Below are positions 1 through 18,065 of a stretch of DNA of 64,000 nucleotides, one piece after another; the stretch's first letter is position 1, and each line of letters opens with the position of its first letter. The position numbers and the translations under genes are program-made. The DNA comes from Blastocystis sp. Blastoise (Eukaryota; Protista; Bigyra: Opalinata), in the NCBI GenBank assembly GCA_039096225.1, contig JBBPEB010000021.1, forward strand, positions 996,145 through 1,060,144, read 5' to 3'. The notes below the pieces were generated by a model, which was given only the letters and a program-made list of their open reading frames with translations, had not been told where the DNA came from and ran no database searches.

Positions 1-417
1 TCTATGGCATATAATTTGTGAGTACATCCTTTAACAGGACATTTGGTTATTTTAGGTTTCTTTATGTGTGTACATTCATTTTTCATATGTTCATTTATCT
101 ATATAAAAAAAAGTTAATAATACAATTATATATTTATACTAAAAATATTAAACATAACATAACATTAATACTCAATTCATTTATATAAAAATGCTTACTT
201 GTTCTTTAAAATCCTTTGTTCCATCTATCCGAATTGTATGACCACATTCTGGACATTTTTGTGCAGTAATACGTCTTTTGTCTGCATTTGGACAATTATG
301 AGATACATAATCTCTATGTGTAAGACAGAAATATTTATCGCAACAATCGCACTTGAAAGGAAGGTAATCGTGTTCACGACATACTTCACATTGCTTCCCA
401 ATATCTAGAAATTCCAT
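1..417 (-). CDS. AN1-type zinc finger protein (ZFAND2/AIRAP-like); 3' end runs off the window
   Basis: ATG at 417. Exon 199-417 encodes MEFLDIGKQCEVCREHDYLPFKCDCCDKYFCLTHRDYVSHNC (AN1 finger). After a GT-AG intron at 99-198, exon 1-98 continues INEHMKNEC...KCPVKGC, the start of a second AN1 finger. Confidence 0.88.
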
Positions 418-1366
418 CAACAAGTCAAGTCTGATATAGTTATAGTTTTCAATTTATAAAAATAATAATCAAATCATGATAAACACATCTTCGAAATGAA
501 AACCAGTTTTCACGCTGAATGTTATTCAGTCCTGCGAACAATTGTGCATTCCACGAACACGAAAAGTGCTTAATTTTTTGTTCTAGAAAAGCTAGTTTTT
601 TCTTTAACTTTTCTATTAGTTTAGTGACTAGATACATTTTAAATAGTCAATAATGGTAGTAAAGGTTTTCTAAGTATCTCAGTTTTTTGTTGAAGAAGAA
701 AAGGAAGTTTTTTTCAATTCTATTTTTCATTTTACTCTCAATACTCATTCTTAAACGTACCCAAGTGAATAGATTAGTATTGCTAAATATTCTAGAGCAT
801 TAAATATTTATTGTGAATACAATTAAATGTGAATTCTCAAAATGGTATTAGTTGAAATATATATTTTGAGAACTAAAATTATAATTTAGCATGATATGTA
901 TAACAATATAAGAATTTTTATTAAAGAATGAAAACCTTAAAAGTGAAATTCAATAAAAAATCTGTATTTTTCAAAATCTATAATATTTTATGAAAATAAA
1001 CACATAAAATACTTTAATGATTCATTGATAATTTGATATAAAACAATAAAATATAAAATTAGTTTACTAAATAAACGGAAAAAGTGAACAAAAAGTATAT
1101 AAATAATAAAAAAAGTATTATGAAGCAAGTTTATAAAAACCTTATAAAAGAAGACATATTACAATTATAATAAAATCATATATACGACAAGATCATATAT
1201 ATATTTATAAAAAAAATATTTGAAAAGTATATACAATTGAATAATATTGAAAAAAAAAACTTTAATAATATTTACAAGAAACATATATATATATAGAGCA
1301 TATATTATAATAAAATAATAAAGAAAAAGACAACGTAAAAAAAAATAACAAAAGAAAAGAAAATTA

Positions 1367-1466
1367 TTATAAGAAAAAGGTTGTTATAAGAAAAAGGTTG
1401 TTATAAGGAAAAGGTTGTTATAAGGAAAAGACTGTTATAAGAAAAAGGTTGTTATAATAAAAAGGT
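1367..1466 (+). repeat. 17-bp minisatellite (TTATAAGAAAAAGGTTG), about 6 copies
   Basis: Directly visible tandem units with 1-3 substitutions; intergenic, 3' of the GT23-like gene. Confidence 0.9.
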
Positions 1467-1669
1467 AATTAAATAAAAAAAAAATTCAAAGGAAAAGAAA
1501 CAAAATAAGGAAAAGAAATAATAGACAAAAATAAAAGGGAAAATAATAGACAAAAAAAGAAAGAAAAGAAATAATAAATAAATAAAAAAAGAAAGAAAGA
1601 GAAAAGAATAAGAAGAAATCTAATAAACAAAAGAATACTTGAAAACCCCCCATATATATCGTGATTTCT

Positions 1670-3562
1670 TTACCAATAAATATATTCATATTGTTTATGA
1701 ATTAATTTACAATGCTGATCATTTAAGCAAGGTAAATCACCAATATCTATATAATACGAAGAACTACGCATGCCGACCGTAATACGTAAGGATTGAATAA
1801 TACGTTGCCAGCTATTTATAGAGGTACTTATAGAATCAAAACAATCTAAAGATGTTTTTAAATTAGCTAATTCTATAAGTGGATAAATAGATCTATTTAA
1901 AGTATGATTTCGTTCTAAACAAAGAGATCGAGGATATTTATTATAATGTATATTTAAAGACGTCATTCGGAAGAAATAAGATAAAGAGCCAGGATCATTC
2001 GTATTGAGAAATATACTTGCATTTCTTGAATGTTTTATTTTCTCTAATAGTTGAATTGATGATAAATAATTATAATTCTCAACTAGTTTTTCATTGAGAT
2101 TTCTTGGATTATGATATATATGAACACATATATCATTATGTGTATTCATAGGATCTCCAGTATAATTAGTATTTGTAAATATACGTATCCATTCTAATAC
2201 ATCATGAGTAGGTCTTAACATATAAGTAATAGCTTGTATTCTCCAATATTGAATATAATAAGATCGAGGTACATTAGTTACATTATAAAACTTCCTTATA
2301 TACTGTGGAATAGTATTTCGGAACTCTAATGTATTACTAACATACCATATACGTTTATCCATATGATCATAAATATCTTGTTTATTATGAATAATAGAAA
2401 TTTGATGATTATATATACTTTTTTCATGATTTATCCATTTTATATATTCTTCTTTATTTAATTCACATGAACTTAAAGAATGAAAGAAACATGAAAAGGA
2501 TTGTTCTTTACAAAAAGTTATATTTGTATATTTTGAATAAATAAATGGACTCCAAATAGCAATTCGATTATATTTTTCAGCTAAAGCTAAATAAGAAGTT
2601 AAAACAGTGATTTCAAATCCAAAAGAAGAATCATAATCACCTATTATTAAATATTGTAATTCATCACAAGTAGAAGAAGAAGGATGCTGATGTTCCCATA
2701 TAATATTTTGAAAATAATAAGTTCCCCAGAGAACATCATCATATTCATAGACTTCATTATATTCTATCCATTGATAAGATTCATCAGGAAAAGAAGAATA
2801 ATCTAAAAAACCAGTACATTGAGGAGATTTATCGAAATTACCAGTAATAAATTGATTACGAATAAAAAAAGTACTATCTTCTATATTAACTTCTATTTCT
2901 GGATATAATTTAATAAAATAACTCAAATATTCAGTTTCCGGTTTCTTCACTATATAATCAAATAATTTATACCAAGGAGTTTCTGTATGCATTATTAAGC
3001 CTATTTCACCCTCTTTCGATTCCTCAGATTGCTCCACAGATGTCTTCTATTAGTATATAGTTATAATAATGTTAACATATTATTTTATTGAATAGAATTA
3101 TTGATATATTATATATATAATATAGAAAACAAAAAAAACAAAGAAGATATATATCAAAATGAAAAAAATACATAAAATTGAGTAACATGGACTCGATGGT
3201 CTCCTGAACGACTAACGACACTAGCAGCAATTTGATCATTGGAATATTCTACAAGAATCAGTTATTAAAAATGGAAAATATTAAAAAATTTACTTGATCT
3301 ATATATGAAATATCATTAAAAAAAAAATCAGAATAGTAAGTAATTTGATGGAAATATATGTATAAGGAAAAACAAAAAAATAAAAAAGAATGACGTTGGC
3401 AGCAACAAGATAAAGTATAATTCGTTGCCTAATAGAATACATATAGATATCTATATACGATGAGCGATTCATTTGCTGGCTTTTATCATGGATTCTCAAT
3501 GCGATCAAAGAAAGAAGGACTAAGAGTACAGAGTACCATATGAATGCTAAACTCCTTTTCAT
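1670..3562 (-). CDS. Type II membrane glycosyltransferase-like protein, GT23 (alpha-1,6-fucosyltransferase/FUT8-like), catalytic motif degenerate
   Basis: N-terminal signal anchor MKRSLAFIWYSVLLVLLSLIAL. Exons are about 3459-3562, 3294-3298, 3172-3248 and 1670-3046. WEHQHPSSSTC...SSFGFEI resembles FUT8 QNP.dC...GfGc, ICVHIYHN sits at the VHVRRTDK position, and IFLNTNDP resembles vYlATDdp. Confidence 0.6.
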
Positions 3563-4219
3563 ATTACAGCAAAAGACATGCATTATTCCAAGACTGTGTT
3601 TGTATGAACACAAAATAATACCTTTTAAAAAAATGACAAAACAGTTGAAGATTTTTAATTTATTTGTTTATTGTTTTAATGAATTCGAGGGTATCCTTAA
3701 AAATATAGAAGTTGTTGTTATCAAAGAGTATTGTGTATCTAGAGTGTATGGTCTCATTTGCAGAAAGTTATTCTTGGATGAGTCATTTTCAGTAATTGAT
3801 GTTTTTTTTGTTCAATAAAGATGTACGTTATTCGCAGGAGTTCATGAGGAAGAAGGCAAATAGGTTCTTTAATTGTATCTGTAATTATTGATATAAAAAA
3901 AAAAGAAGAATCACAAAACACAAAAGAAATTTCTTCTAGAGACCGATTGTATGGAATTGTAATAATGACATAAAAAGGGAGTCATTAATAAGATAAAGGA
4001 AAATAGGTATATAATTGAATGTGATGAACGAAATAAAAATAAAATACAGAATATTAGAATAAGAAAACAAGTTAGTTGTAGTAAATTGATTATGAAAACA
4101 GCATATATTATTATACAAAAGCCATAGAAATATAATGTATAGAGAAATAAATGTAGATTTCAAATAGATTATAAGAAATGATAAAAATATAATTATGTTT
4201 CGAGATGAATAAAGTGAAT

Positions 4220-6187
<1,968 letters not shown>

Positions 6188-6789
6188 GGTAGAATATCAA
6201 ACTTGAGTACAATGAATGAAAAAACGAAAATGAATGTTCCTTCCAAGGTTTCTAAATTACCATTTTACTCGAATATCACGGTATTTTATTATGTTTCCCT
6301 ACTATCTAATAGATCCCCATGGGTTTATTGATTTTTTGATTTGTAGTAGAGTTTGTTGGGAAATTCTTTTTATATACCTTTAAATAGTTTTATTTACATG
6401 TTTTTTTTTTGATATAAAAATAAAATGTGTTTTATTTTAAAATTAAAGCACTTTAAAATGTTTTCATAAAACTCGTAGATACCATATTGTTAGTAATCTA
6501 TATGGTAAAGACTATTAGATTATCCGTAGCATTGTTGTTCGATAATGTTTGCTTGTTTTGTCTTTGTAAGCAAAAAATTTTATTGGTTCATGATATTCAA
6601 AAATGTAGAAACATAAGAATAACATAATTGAGAATAATTAAAACAAATAAAATGATAATTACAAAAAAAAAAAACAAAATATACTTTTAAAATACATACA
6701 GTTAAGAAGAATTAATAAAATTGAAAATTAGAAAAAAACAAATAACATAAGATAACTTTATATACAAACAAATAAAAAAAAATACCATT

Positions 6790-7362
6790 TTATTCTTTAT
6801 CTTCTTTTTTACCACTACCTACAATAGTTTCTAAGACAGCAGTCCATACATCTCTATCATCTTGAGTACCTATTCTAGGGACAAATCCAACTTTGAAGAA
6901 AATAGATACAGCAAGCCAATTACGGAAAATCGTTGTTAAGAATACATGTTCGTATTTTTCTTTTAACATAGGAAGAATGTAAGAAATAAGAGCTTGACCA
7001 ATTCCTTTGTTTTGATATTCAGGTAAAACGGCAAGACGATATAAACAGCCATGATCTTTATCAATACCTGTTCCTTCCCAAGCAGTGACTGTTCCTACAG
7101 TATTTCCTTTTTCATTGATAGCAAACACCATACGATCACTTAATAAAGACTTTACAGAACCAAACGTATCTTCAAAACTTTTTTTTGCTTCATCATTACT
7201 AGCAAATTGGCCACTCTTCCATTGGATATAAGACCAATATTTCTCATCACCTTCTTTATAGAATCGGAATTCAAAACCATCAGGAATGTCATAAGAAAAT
7301 GGATTTGCTTGAGGACTTAATCCCATAGTAACTTCATATTTCTGGAATCTTTCAAGAGACAT
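6790..7362 (-). CDS. GNAT-family N-acetyltransferase, intronless, bacterial-like
   Basis: Acetyl-CoA binding motif A LAVLPEYQNKGIGQALI and C-terminal AVSIFFKVGF; single exon of 190 aa. Confidence 0.88.
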   Translation of the reverse strand: MSLERFQKYEVTMGLSPQANPFSYDIPDGFEFRFYKEGDEKYWSYIQWKSGQFASNDEAKKSFEDTFGSVKSLLSDRMVFAINEKGNTVGTVTAWEGTGIDKDHGCLYRLAVLPEYQNKGIGQALISYILPMLKEKYEHVFLTTIFRNWLAVSIFFKVGFVPRIGTQDDRDVWTAVLETIVGSGKKEDKE

Positions 7363-7852
7363 TTGGTAAACTTAATAAATAAATATCAACAAGAGACTAG
7401 AGTCTTTTATATCGTAAAAAAACAATTTATTGGAATTTGCTGATTCATTCTTTCAGGTCATTTCTTTTCATTTCAGATTGTCTTAAAAAAAAGTTGTTTT
7501 TTATTCATATATTGATTTATTATATTCCTTTAATGAATATATAATTTGATTTATAAATAGTATGTTGATATGAATATAGATAAAACAATGTATACTAAAA
7601 TGCAATATTCATAAACTTGATTATCCCATTTTTATATATATTTATTGTATTCAAATTCTATGATTATAAAAGAATAGATTTCAAATTCAAAAGGAGATAT
7701 AAATATTTGTTTACAACTGTAATATTTAAAAAATCCAAAAAAACAACAACATTCCTTTATTCATATCACAAAATAAACGTCTAAATTAATATTTCTAGTT
7801 TGTTTAGAGCATATAAAACAGTATATTACTTCTTCACTATTCTAATATCAAT

Positions 7853-7860
7853 AACAAACA
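7853..7860 (-). promoter_or_regulatory. TGTTTGTT candidate polyadenylation element downstream of SRP14
   Basis: Exact 8-mer about 120 nt after the SRP14 stop on the sense strand; matches the motif described just downstream of Blastocystis cleavage sites. Confidence 0.4.
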
Positions 7861-7980
7861 CTAAGTAATCAATATATATAAACATGTTAAACAATAGACT
7901 TCCCAATTAATTACAATAATAGAGTTAAAAATAAAGACATAAAAAAATGGATACATAATAGATTTTATTATTTATATAAT

Positions 7981-8457
7981 TTAGTTAGAAGGTTTTTCTT
8001 TTGCTAACTTTTCTTTAGGTACTCTCAAGTTTGTAAGACAGGACTATAATTGAAATGAAAAATTACAAAGATAAAGCAATATATATATATATACTTTCAT
8101 AGTACTATTCAATAATTTTCCAAATTCAGCTACATTTGAATTTTCAACCTGGAGATTTATATAGTGAATAACAACAATATAATATATATATTTTAAAAAG
8201 AATATATTAAAAAAAAAAGCCCTACAAAATAAAAAAAAGATGAAAAAACTTACTAATGTACTGATTTTTTTATCTTTATATGTGGCTCTAATGAGACATT
8301 GATTCTTAGAAAGATCAGGTTCTTGTCTCTTTGAAGGTGTGCAATTAACACTTTCATTATATTGCTTCATCGTGATATCTACATGACCAGCATTCTTATT
8401 GGATTCATAAAGTTTTTGTAATTCAACAATGAAGTCGTTATTCGTTAGAAAAACCAT
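7981..8457 (-). CDS. SRP14: Signal recognition particle 14 kDa protein, 3 exons
   Basis: MVFLTNNDFIVELQKLY...VDITMKQY...CLIRATYKDKKISTL|VENSNVAEF...|SCLTNLRVPKEK; GT-AG introns; TAA at 7981-7983. Confidence 0.93.
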
Positions 8458-8744
8458 CTTTTAATTTCAACTATCTATAGAATAGTAAGAATTAGATATA
8501 CTTAGTTTTCTATATATATACTAGATCTAGAAATGCTAAATGAAAAACAATGAATGTCATTTTTCATTTCCTCTTTTTAATCACGATTCCTAATAATTAT
8601 TGTCTGATAAATTCAATTTTCTTTTGAAAACGAAAGAAAACAAATAAAAAACGTATTTCCATGATTAACTCAATTAATTAAACCAAGAAACAAAATCTTT
8701 ACAAAGAATAGAAACAATACAATTCTCTTTAAATACTCTATGAA

Positions 8745-9183
8745 ATGGATCCATACATCTATATTATTATTGTAGCCCTTCTTTTTCTTATTCTTCTAGT
8801 GTATTATCTGAATATCATTAATTATTGCAAAAGTGCAATTCGAAGAAGGAAAACAATTCAAAGATTAGTTCTTAAAAAACACAGATTACTGAATAAAAAA
8901 GAGAATTATGTCTCACTCATTGCTCAAGCGAAGGTAATTTATGTTTGATTTATTTCACAACTATTATTTATCATTATGAACAACTCTTTTTATCTATGAT
9001 GTCTCTTTTTTTTCAATAATATTTTTATTTCCTATTCTATAGCAAGCTGGAGAGTTTCAACAAGCATTAACATTACAACGAGGTTTAAATGAATTAGAAC
9101 AAGACCTTCGTAATTGTGAAGATTTATTAGAAATGAATATTAATGATTATAACTATGAAGCAGAAGGAAAAAATATATTATAA
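8745..9183 (+). CDS. Small protein of about 110 aa with an N-terminal TM helix and C-terminal coiled coil; unknown function
   Basis: Exon 1 ends AQAK|gtaatt. Exon 2 starts after ctatag at 9043 and reads in frame QAGEFQQALTLQRGLNELEQDLRNCEDLLE to a TAA ending at 9183. Confidence 0.7.
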
Positions 9184-9820
9184 TCCTTCTTTCTATGAGT
9201 TTATGCATGTCTACATAACAATAGAATGATATCACTATTCTTTCTATTGTCAAATGTTTCGTTTTTTTTTTTGTTATTTGATTTACTCTATTTCGTTATG
9301 TATATATATATATTGTTTTTTTCTGAATTCTTGAACCCTATTGAACAAGTTCATTCTATATACGGGTATATAGTTCTTATGTTTTTATTTTAGATTTTGT
9401 TTTTTTAAAATTTTTATTTAAATATAAAGTCGTTTCTCTTTCATTAATATTATCCAATGATCATCATTTTACTGATAACAACCAAAAAGGAATATGGATT
9501 CATATCCCTTTTCAATCTATATGAAGTAATCACTTTTATAAAAAATGTCATTTTTCAGTCACATTGACGTCTGAAATACAGACAGACACGTCGTTTCAAC
9601 CAATAAAAGAGTCCGATTTTTAACAACAGAATAAGTGCTTGTCAACTCCATTTTTACAAAATAATAATCACGATTATTCTAAAAGTTCTGTTTTAGATTC
9701 GATGATTTCCCTATTTTTATTAATAAAAAAGTATTGAAAGAACTAATTATTCTGATGTGAACTTCAAATCCATATGATTGGATGATTTCAAGAAAGCCAT
9801 AATATTTGATGAATATCAAA

Positions 9821-9830
9821 ATTAGCCAAT
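9821..9830 (+). promoter_or_regulatory. CCAAT box (ATTAGCCAAT) upstream of the acyl-CoA synthetase
   Basis: NF-Y-like consensus about 130 nt upstream of the ATG. An inverted ATTGGCT lies about 100 nt upstream of the E2 gene (18769-18775). Confidence 0.4.
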
Positions 9831-9959
9831 AGATTCAAATGAAATGAACCATAAATAAATTGGTGTCTTGATATTTTTCTTATGACGTCTTTTTATTTTT
9901 AAACACTACATTTTCATAAAAACAATATACATTTAGAATTTGTAGCAATTATTTTGAAT

Positions 9960-11574
9960 ATGGAACCACCGCTTTATGGTTATGAATATGCTGCTGGAAG
10001 AAAAGGAGAAGTATATCATATTCATTTGTCGTTTTTTCCGATTATTCTCATCCCATTTCATTATAGAGTCCTATTATTCGTACAATTATGAGTAAGAAGC
10101 ATACATTAGTCTCCAAACCATTTCCTGAAGTTGAAACATTGTATTTTTATGAAAATTTTCATTTTATTTGATTCTTTTCATGAATTCAAATTGATTTATT
10201 ATATAGATATGATTGCTTCCAAAGAGGTCTAAAAATATCTGCAGATGAACCTTGTTATGGATATAGACAGAAAGTATTTTTTTATTATTTATATTAATTT
10301 TATTTTTTTAAGAATGAAAAGGGTGAATGTGGTGATTATTTTTGGTATACTTATGAAGAGATATTTGAAAAAGTGAAGAATTATGGTGCTGGTATTATTA
10401 GTTTAAATTTAGCCCCTGAAAAATTTGGTGTATATTTAATATTTATTGGTTTTTTATTAATTTTATTAATTTTATTTTTAATTTTTTAATGTAATAACAT
10501 ATACATATAGTATAAATCCATTGGTGTTTATTGTAAGAATTGTATTGAATGGGTATTAACAGAACAAGCATGTCATGCATTCTCCCTTACCTTAATACCT
10601 ATATATGATACCTTAGGTGCCGACTCAGTTGAATTCATTTTACAACAAACCGAATTAGAAACCATTGTATGTACTTGTACTGAAGCTTTAAAGGTATATT
10701 ATTATTATGTTTATAATATTATTGCTATTAACACATTATTATATTTTGTTTATTATGTTTATTATTATATATAGATTGTATCATGTCTTGAGAAAGAACG
10801 TTTCTTAAAGAATTTAATTATTATTGATTCATTAAATGAAAAAGATAAACAGTTATTAGAAGCAGAAGTATATATATATATATATATATATATATTTTAT
10901 TAATTAATTAATTAATTAATTTCTATATTAGAAGATTATTATCCATATTCTATATATATATGTATATAGAGCTTGAATATCTATTCTTATAATGATGTCG
11001 AGACACAAGGGAAGAATCATCCACATGATATTGTTCCTCCGTCACCTGATGATATTCATACTATTTGTTATACATCTGGAACTACAGGTACTCCTAAGGT
11101 ATATATATATATATATATTATAGTTATTAGTTATATAATAATAATAATAATATATATATATATATATATATAGGGTGTATGCTTATCTCATAAGAATAGT
11201 ATGGCTACATTAGCAGGATGTCTTGTTTCTGGTATATATATATTATTAATATTATTATTAATATTATTATTATTATTATTATATATAGGTATTCGAGGTC
11301 GTAAAAGTGATGTTTATTTATCCTATTTACCTTTAGCTCATGTCCTAGAGAGACTTCTTCAAACAGCCATTCTCATCGATGGAGGACGCATTGGATTCTT
11401 TCAAGTATATATATATATTTATATACTATTATATATTTATTGATTCATTTTATTTTATTTATTTGATTTATTGATTATAAAAGAAATAATATTCATATAT
11501 ACATAGGGTAGTACAAATAAGATTTTAGATGATATAAAAGTATTAAAACCAACAGTCTTTACTTCTGTTCCTCG

Positions 11575-11605
<31 letters not shown>

Positions 11606-13169
11606 ACTATATGTTATCATATTTATTCATATGAATATTATCTATTATTATCTATATATTAGATTAAATAAGATATATGATGGTGTTCGTAATAAGGTGA
11701 AATCAAAAGGATCTTTAATTAATTACTTCTTTAATAAGGGTCTACTTACTAAAGAATATAGACTGACTCATAATGGGAAATATACTCATGGATTCTATGA
11801 CTCATTCATCTTTAATCCTGTATATATTATACTTTTCATTATTACTTTTAGTAGTATTTACTATTCTTAACCTATTTATATATATCTATATATATATATC
11901 TATATATATATATCTATATATATATCTATCTATAGATAAAGAAAGTAGTAGGTTTAGATCATATTCGATTAGTGATTTCTGGGTCTGCGTCTTTATCTCC
12001 TGAAGTTGTTACTTTCTTAAGAACATTCATCGGATGCCCCGTCATTGAGGGTTATGGTACGAGTGAAACGGCTGGAGCAACTACATTACAATTTACTTGG
12101 GATTATTCAAGTGGTATATACATATTATTATTATTAATATATATAAATAGTATTAGTAATACTGAATCACATATATTATTATTAATATTGAATCATATAT
12201 ATTTATTAATCAAGAATATATTTTCTATAAATATAAGTAGATTAATAATCCTATTCTATATATATTTACATTTACGTTACTTATATATATATAGGTAATG
12301 TAGGAGGCAATATAGGTTCATGTGAAATGAAGTTAATAGATGCAGATACTATGGGATATAAAGTAACAGATCGTATACATAATAATATTCCTTGTGTTGC
12401 TAGAGGAGAAATATGTTTACGTGGACATAATATTAGTAGTAGATTCTATAGAGAAGAATTAGAATTATTAGATTCAGAAGGATGGTTTCATACCGGAGAT
12501 ATTGCTGTCTTACTTACCAACTATTCTATTAAGGTAATATATATATATATATATATAATATTCATTTAAATCATTATTTTTGTTATATATATTAAAATAG
12601 TATAAAACAAATTTTTATTTATAATATAATATATAGATAGTAGATCGTTTGAAGAATTTCTTTAAATTATCTCAAGGTGAATATGTAGCTGCAGAGAAAT
12701 TAGAATTAATCTATACTTCTTCAAGTTATATTTCTCAATGTTATATATATGGAGATAGTACCCGTGATAGTTTAGTAGGTATAGTAGTACCAGAAGAATA
12801 TACTATAAAGAAATGGTGGAAAGAATTACATAATAATGATACTCAAGTATCTAGTTATACATATGAACAAATATGTAAAGAACAGGAAACAAAAGACTTA
12901 TTATTAAATGAAATGAAATCATTACATAAACAAAATGCACTTCGTGGATTTGAACGTGTTATTAATATATATGTTGATAGTAATCCATGGACTGATCAAA
13001 ATAACATGCTTACTCCAACATTCAAATTAAAAAGAAATATCGCTAAACAAAAGTATATTTATAAATACTAATATTATTTTATTTTTATAGTATTATTTAT
13101 AATATTTTAACTATTCTATTCTCTATATATAGGTATCAAGATATCATTAATTCTCTTTATTCTCATTAA
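9960..13169 (+). CDS. Long-chain fatty acyl-CoA synthetase (ACSL/LACS family), about 15 exons
   Basis: IPIYDTLG, ICYTSGTTGTPKG, YLSYLPLAHVLER, EGYGTSET, RGEICLRG, GWFHTGDI, DRLKNFFKLSQGEYVAAEKLE and LTPTFKLKR. All introns resolve as GT-AG in frame. Confidence 0.96.
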
Positions 13170-13349
13170 TCAACAACTTATTTTAATATTCAAATGATAC
13201 TCTATCTATACACTCTATGCTTTCTTTCTTGTTCTATTTTAATCTTTTGATTTTCTTTTCTATAATACTTTTGGTTCTTATTCATTAGTTCATATTTTTC
13301 TTGTTATTTCACCGTCATTTAAATTATCAATTAGTTCTTTTATGCCTAT

Positions 13350-13357
13350 TGTTTGTT
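13350..13357 (+). promoter_or_regulatory. TGTTTGTT candidate polyadenylation element downstream of the acyl-CoA synthetase
   Basis: Exact 8-mer about 180 nt after the stop on the sense strand. Confidence 0.4.
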
Positions 13358-13842
13358 AAATTGTCTTTTTTTAATGCTAGAAATTAGTTATATGCCCTAT
13401 AAGTATATAATGAAATTTTTAATGAATAAAATGCTTCAAAACATACAGACGAAAAGAATTTGTTGAACCAGAATCTTTTTTGCTAGTTTAAATTGAGAAA
13501 TATAACTTTTATTATCATAATACTTAATAATGTCCAATAATATATAATAAAAAATTGTTATTGACTAAATAGTTGACAATTATGATTGAAAGAAAGCAAG
13601 CAATTTATGATTATACAAATATTTGACTGATTGTGTTGTTCATTATAATTGCTAAATAGTTAACACAATAAGTAGCCATGGTTATTGATTGAAAAACAAA
13701 ACATAAAAAAATAATCCTGGAATATTTCGAAAAAAAGCGAAGAAGACACGAAGTTTCATGCTTTTCAACAAAATTTTTAAAAAAGAACGGACGTTTGTTA
13801 ACAGTGTTTATATAGTACTTTTCCAGTCTATTTGTTGATTAA

Positions 13843-18065
<4,223 letters not shown>

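Noticed and set aside
1367-1466. CRISPR-like or telomeric array
   Set aside because: Head-to-tail 17-bp units without spacers in a eukaryotic intergenic region; an ordinary minisatellite.
3429-3458. 30-nt GT-AG intron in the GT23-like gene
   Set aside because: It is in frame but leads into sequence that cannot be joined in frame to the downstream exons; the microexon model fits better.
6205-6240. Oomycete-like TCATT initiator upstream of several genes
   Set aside because: TCATT is too frequent at this AT content to be supported without TSS data.
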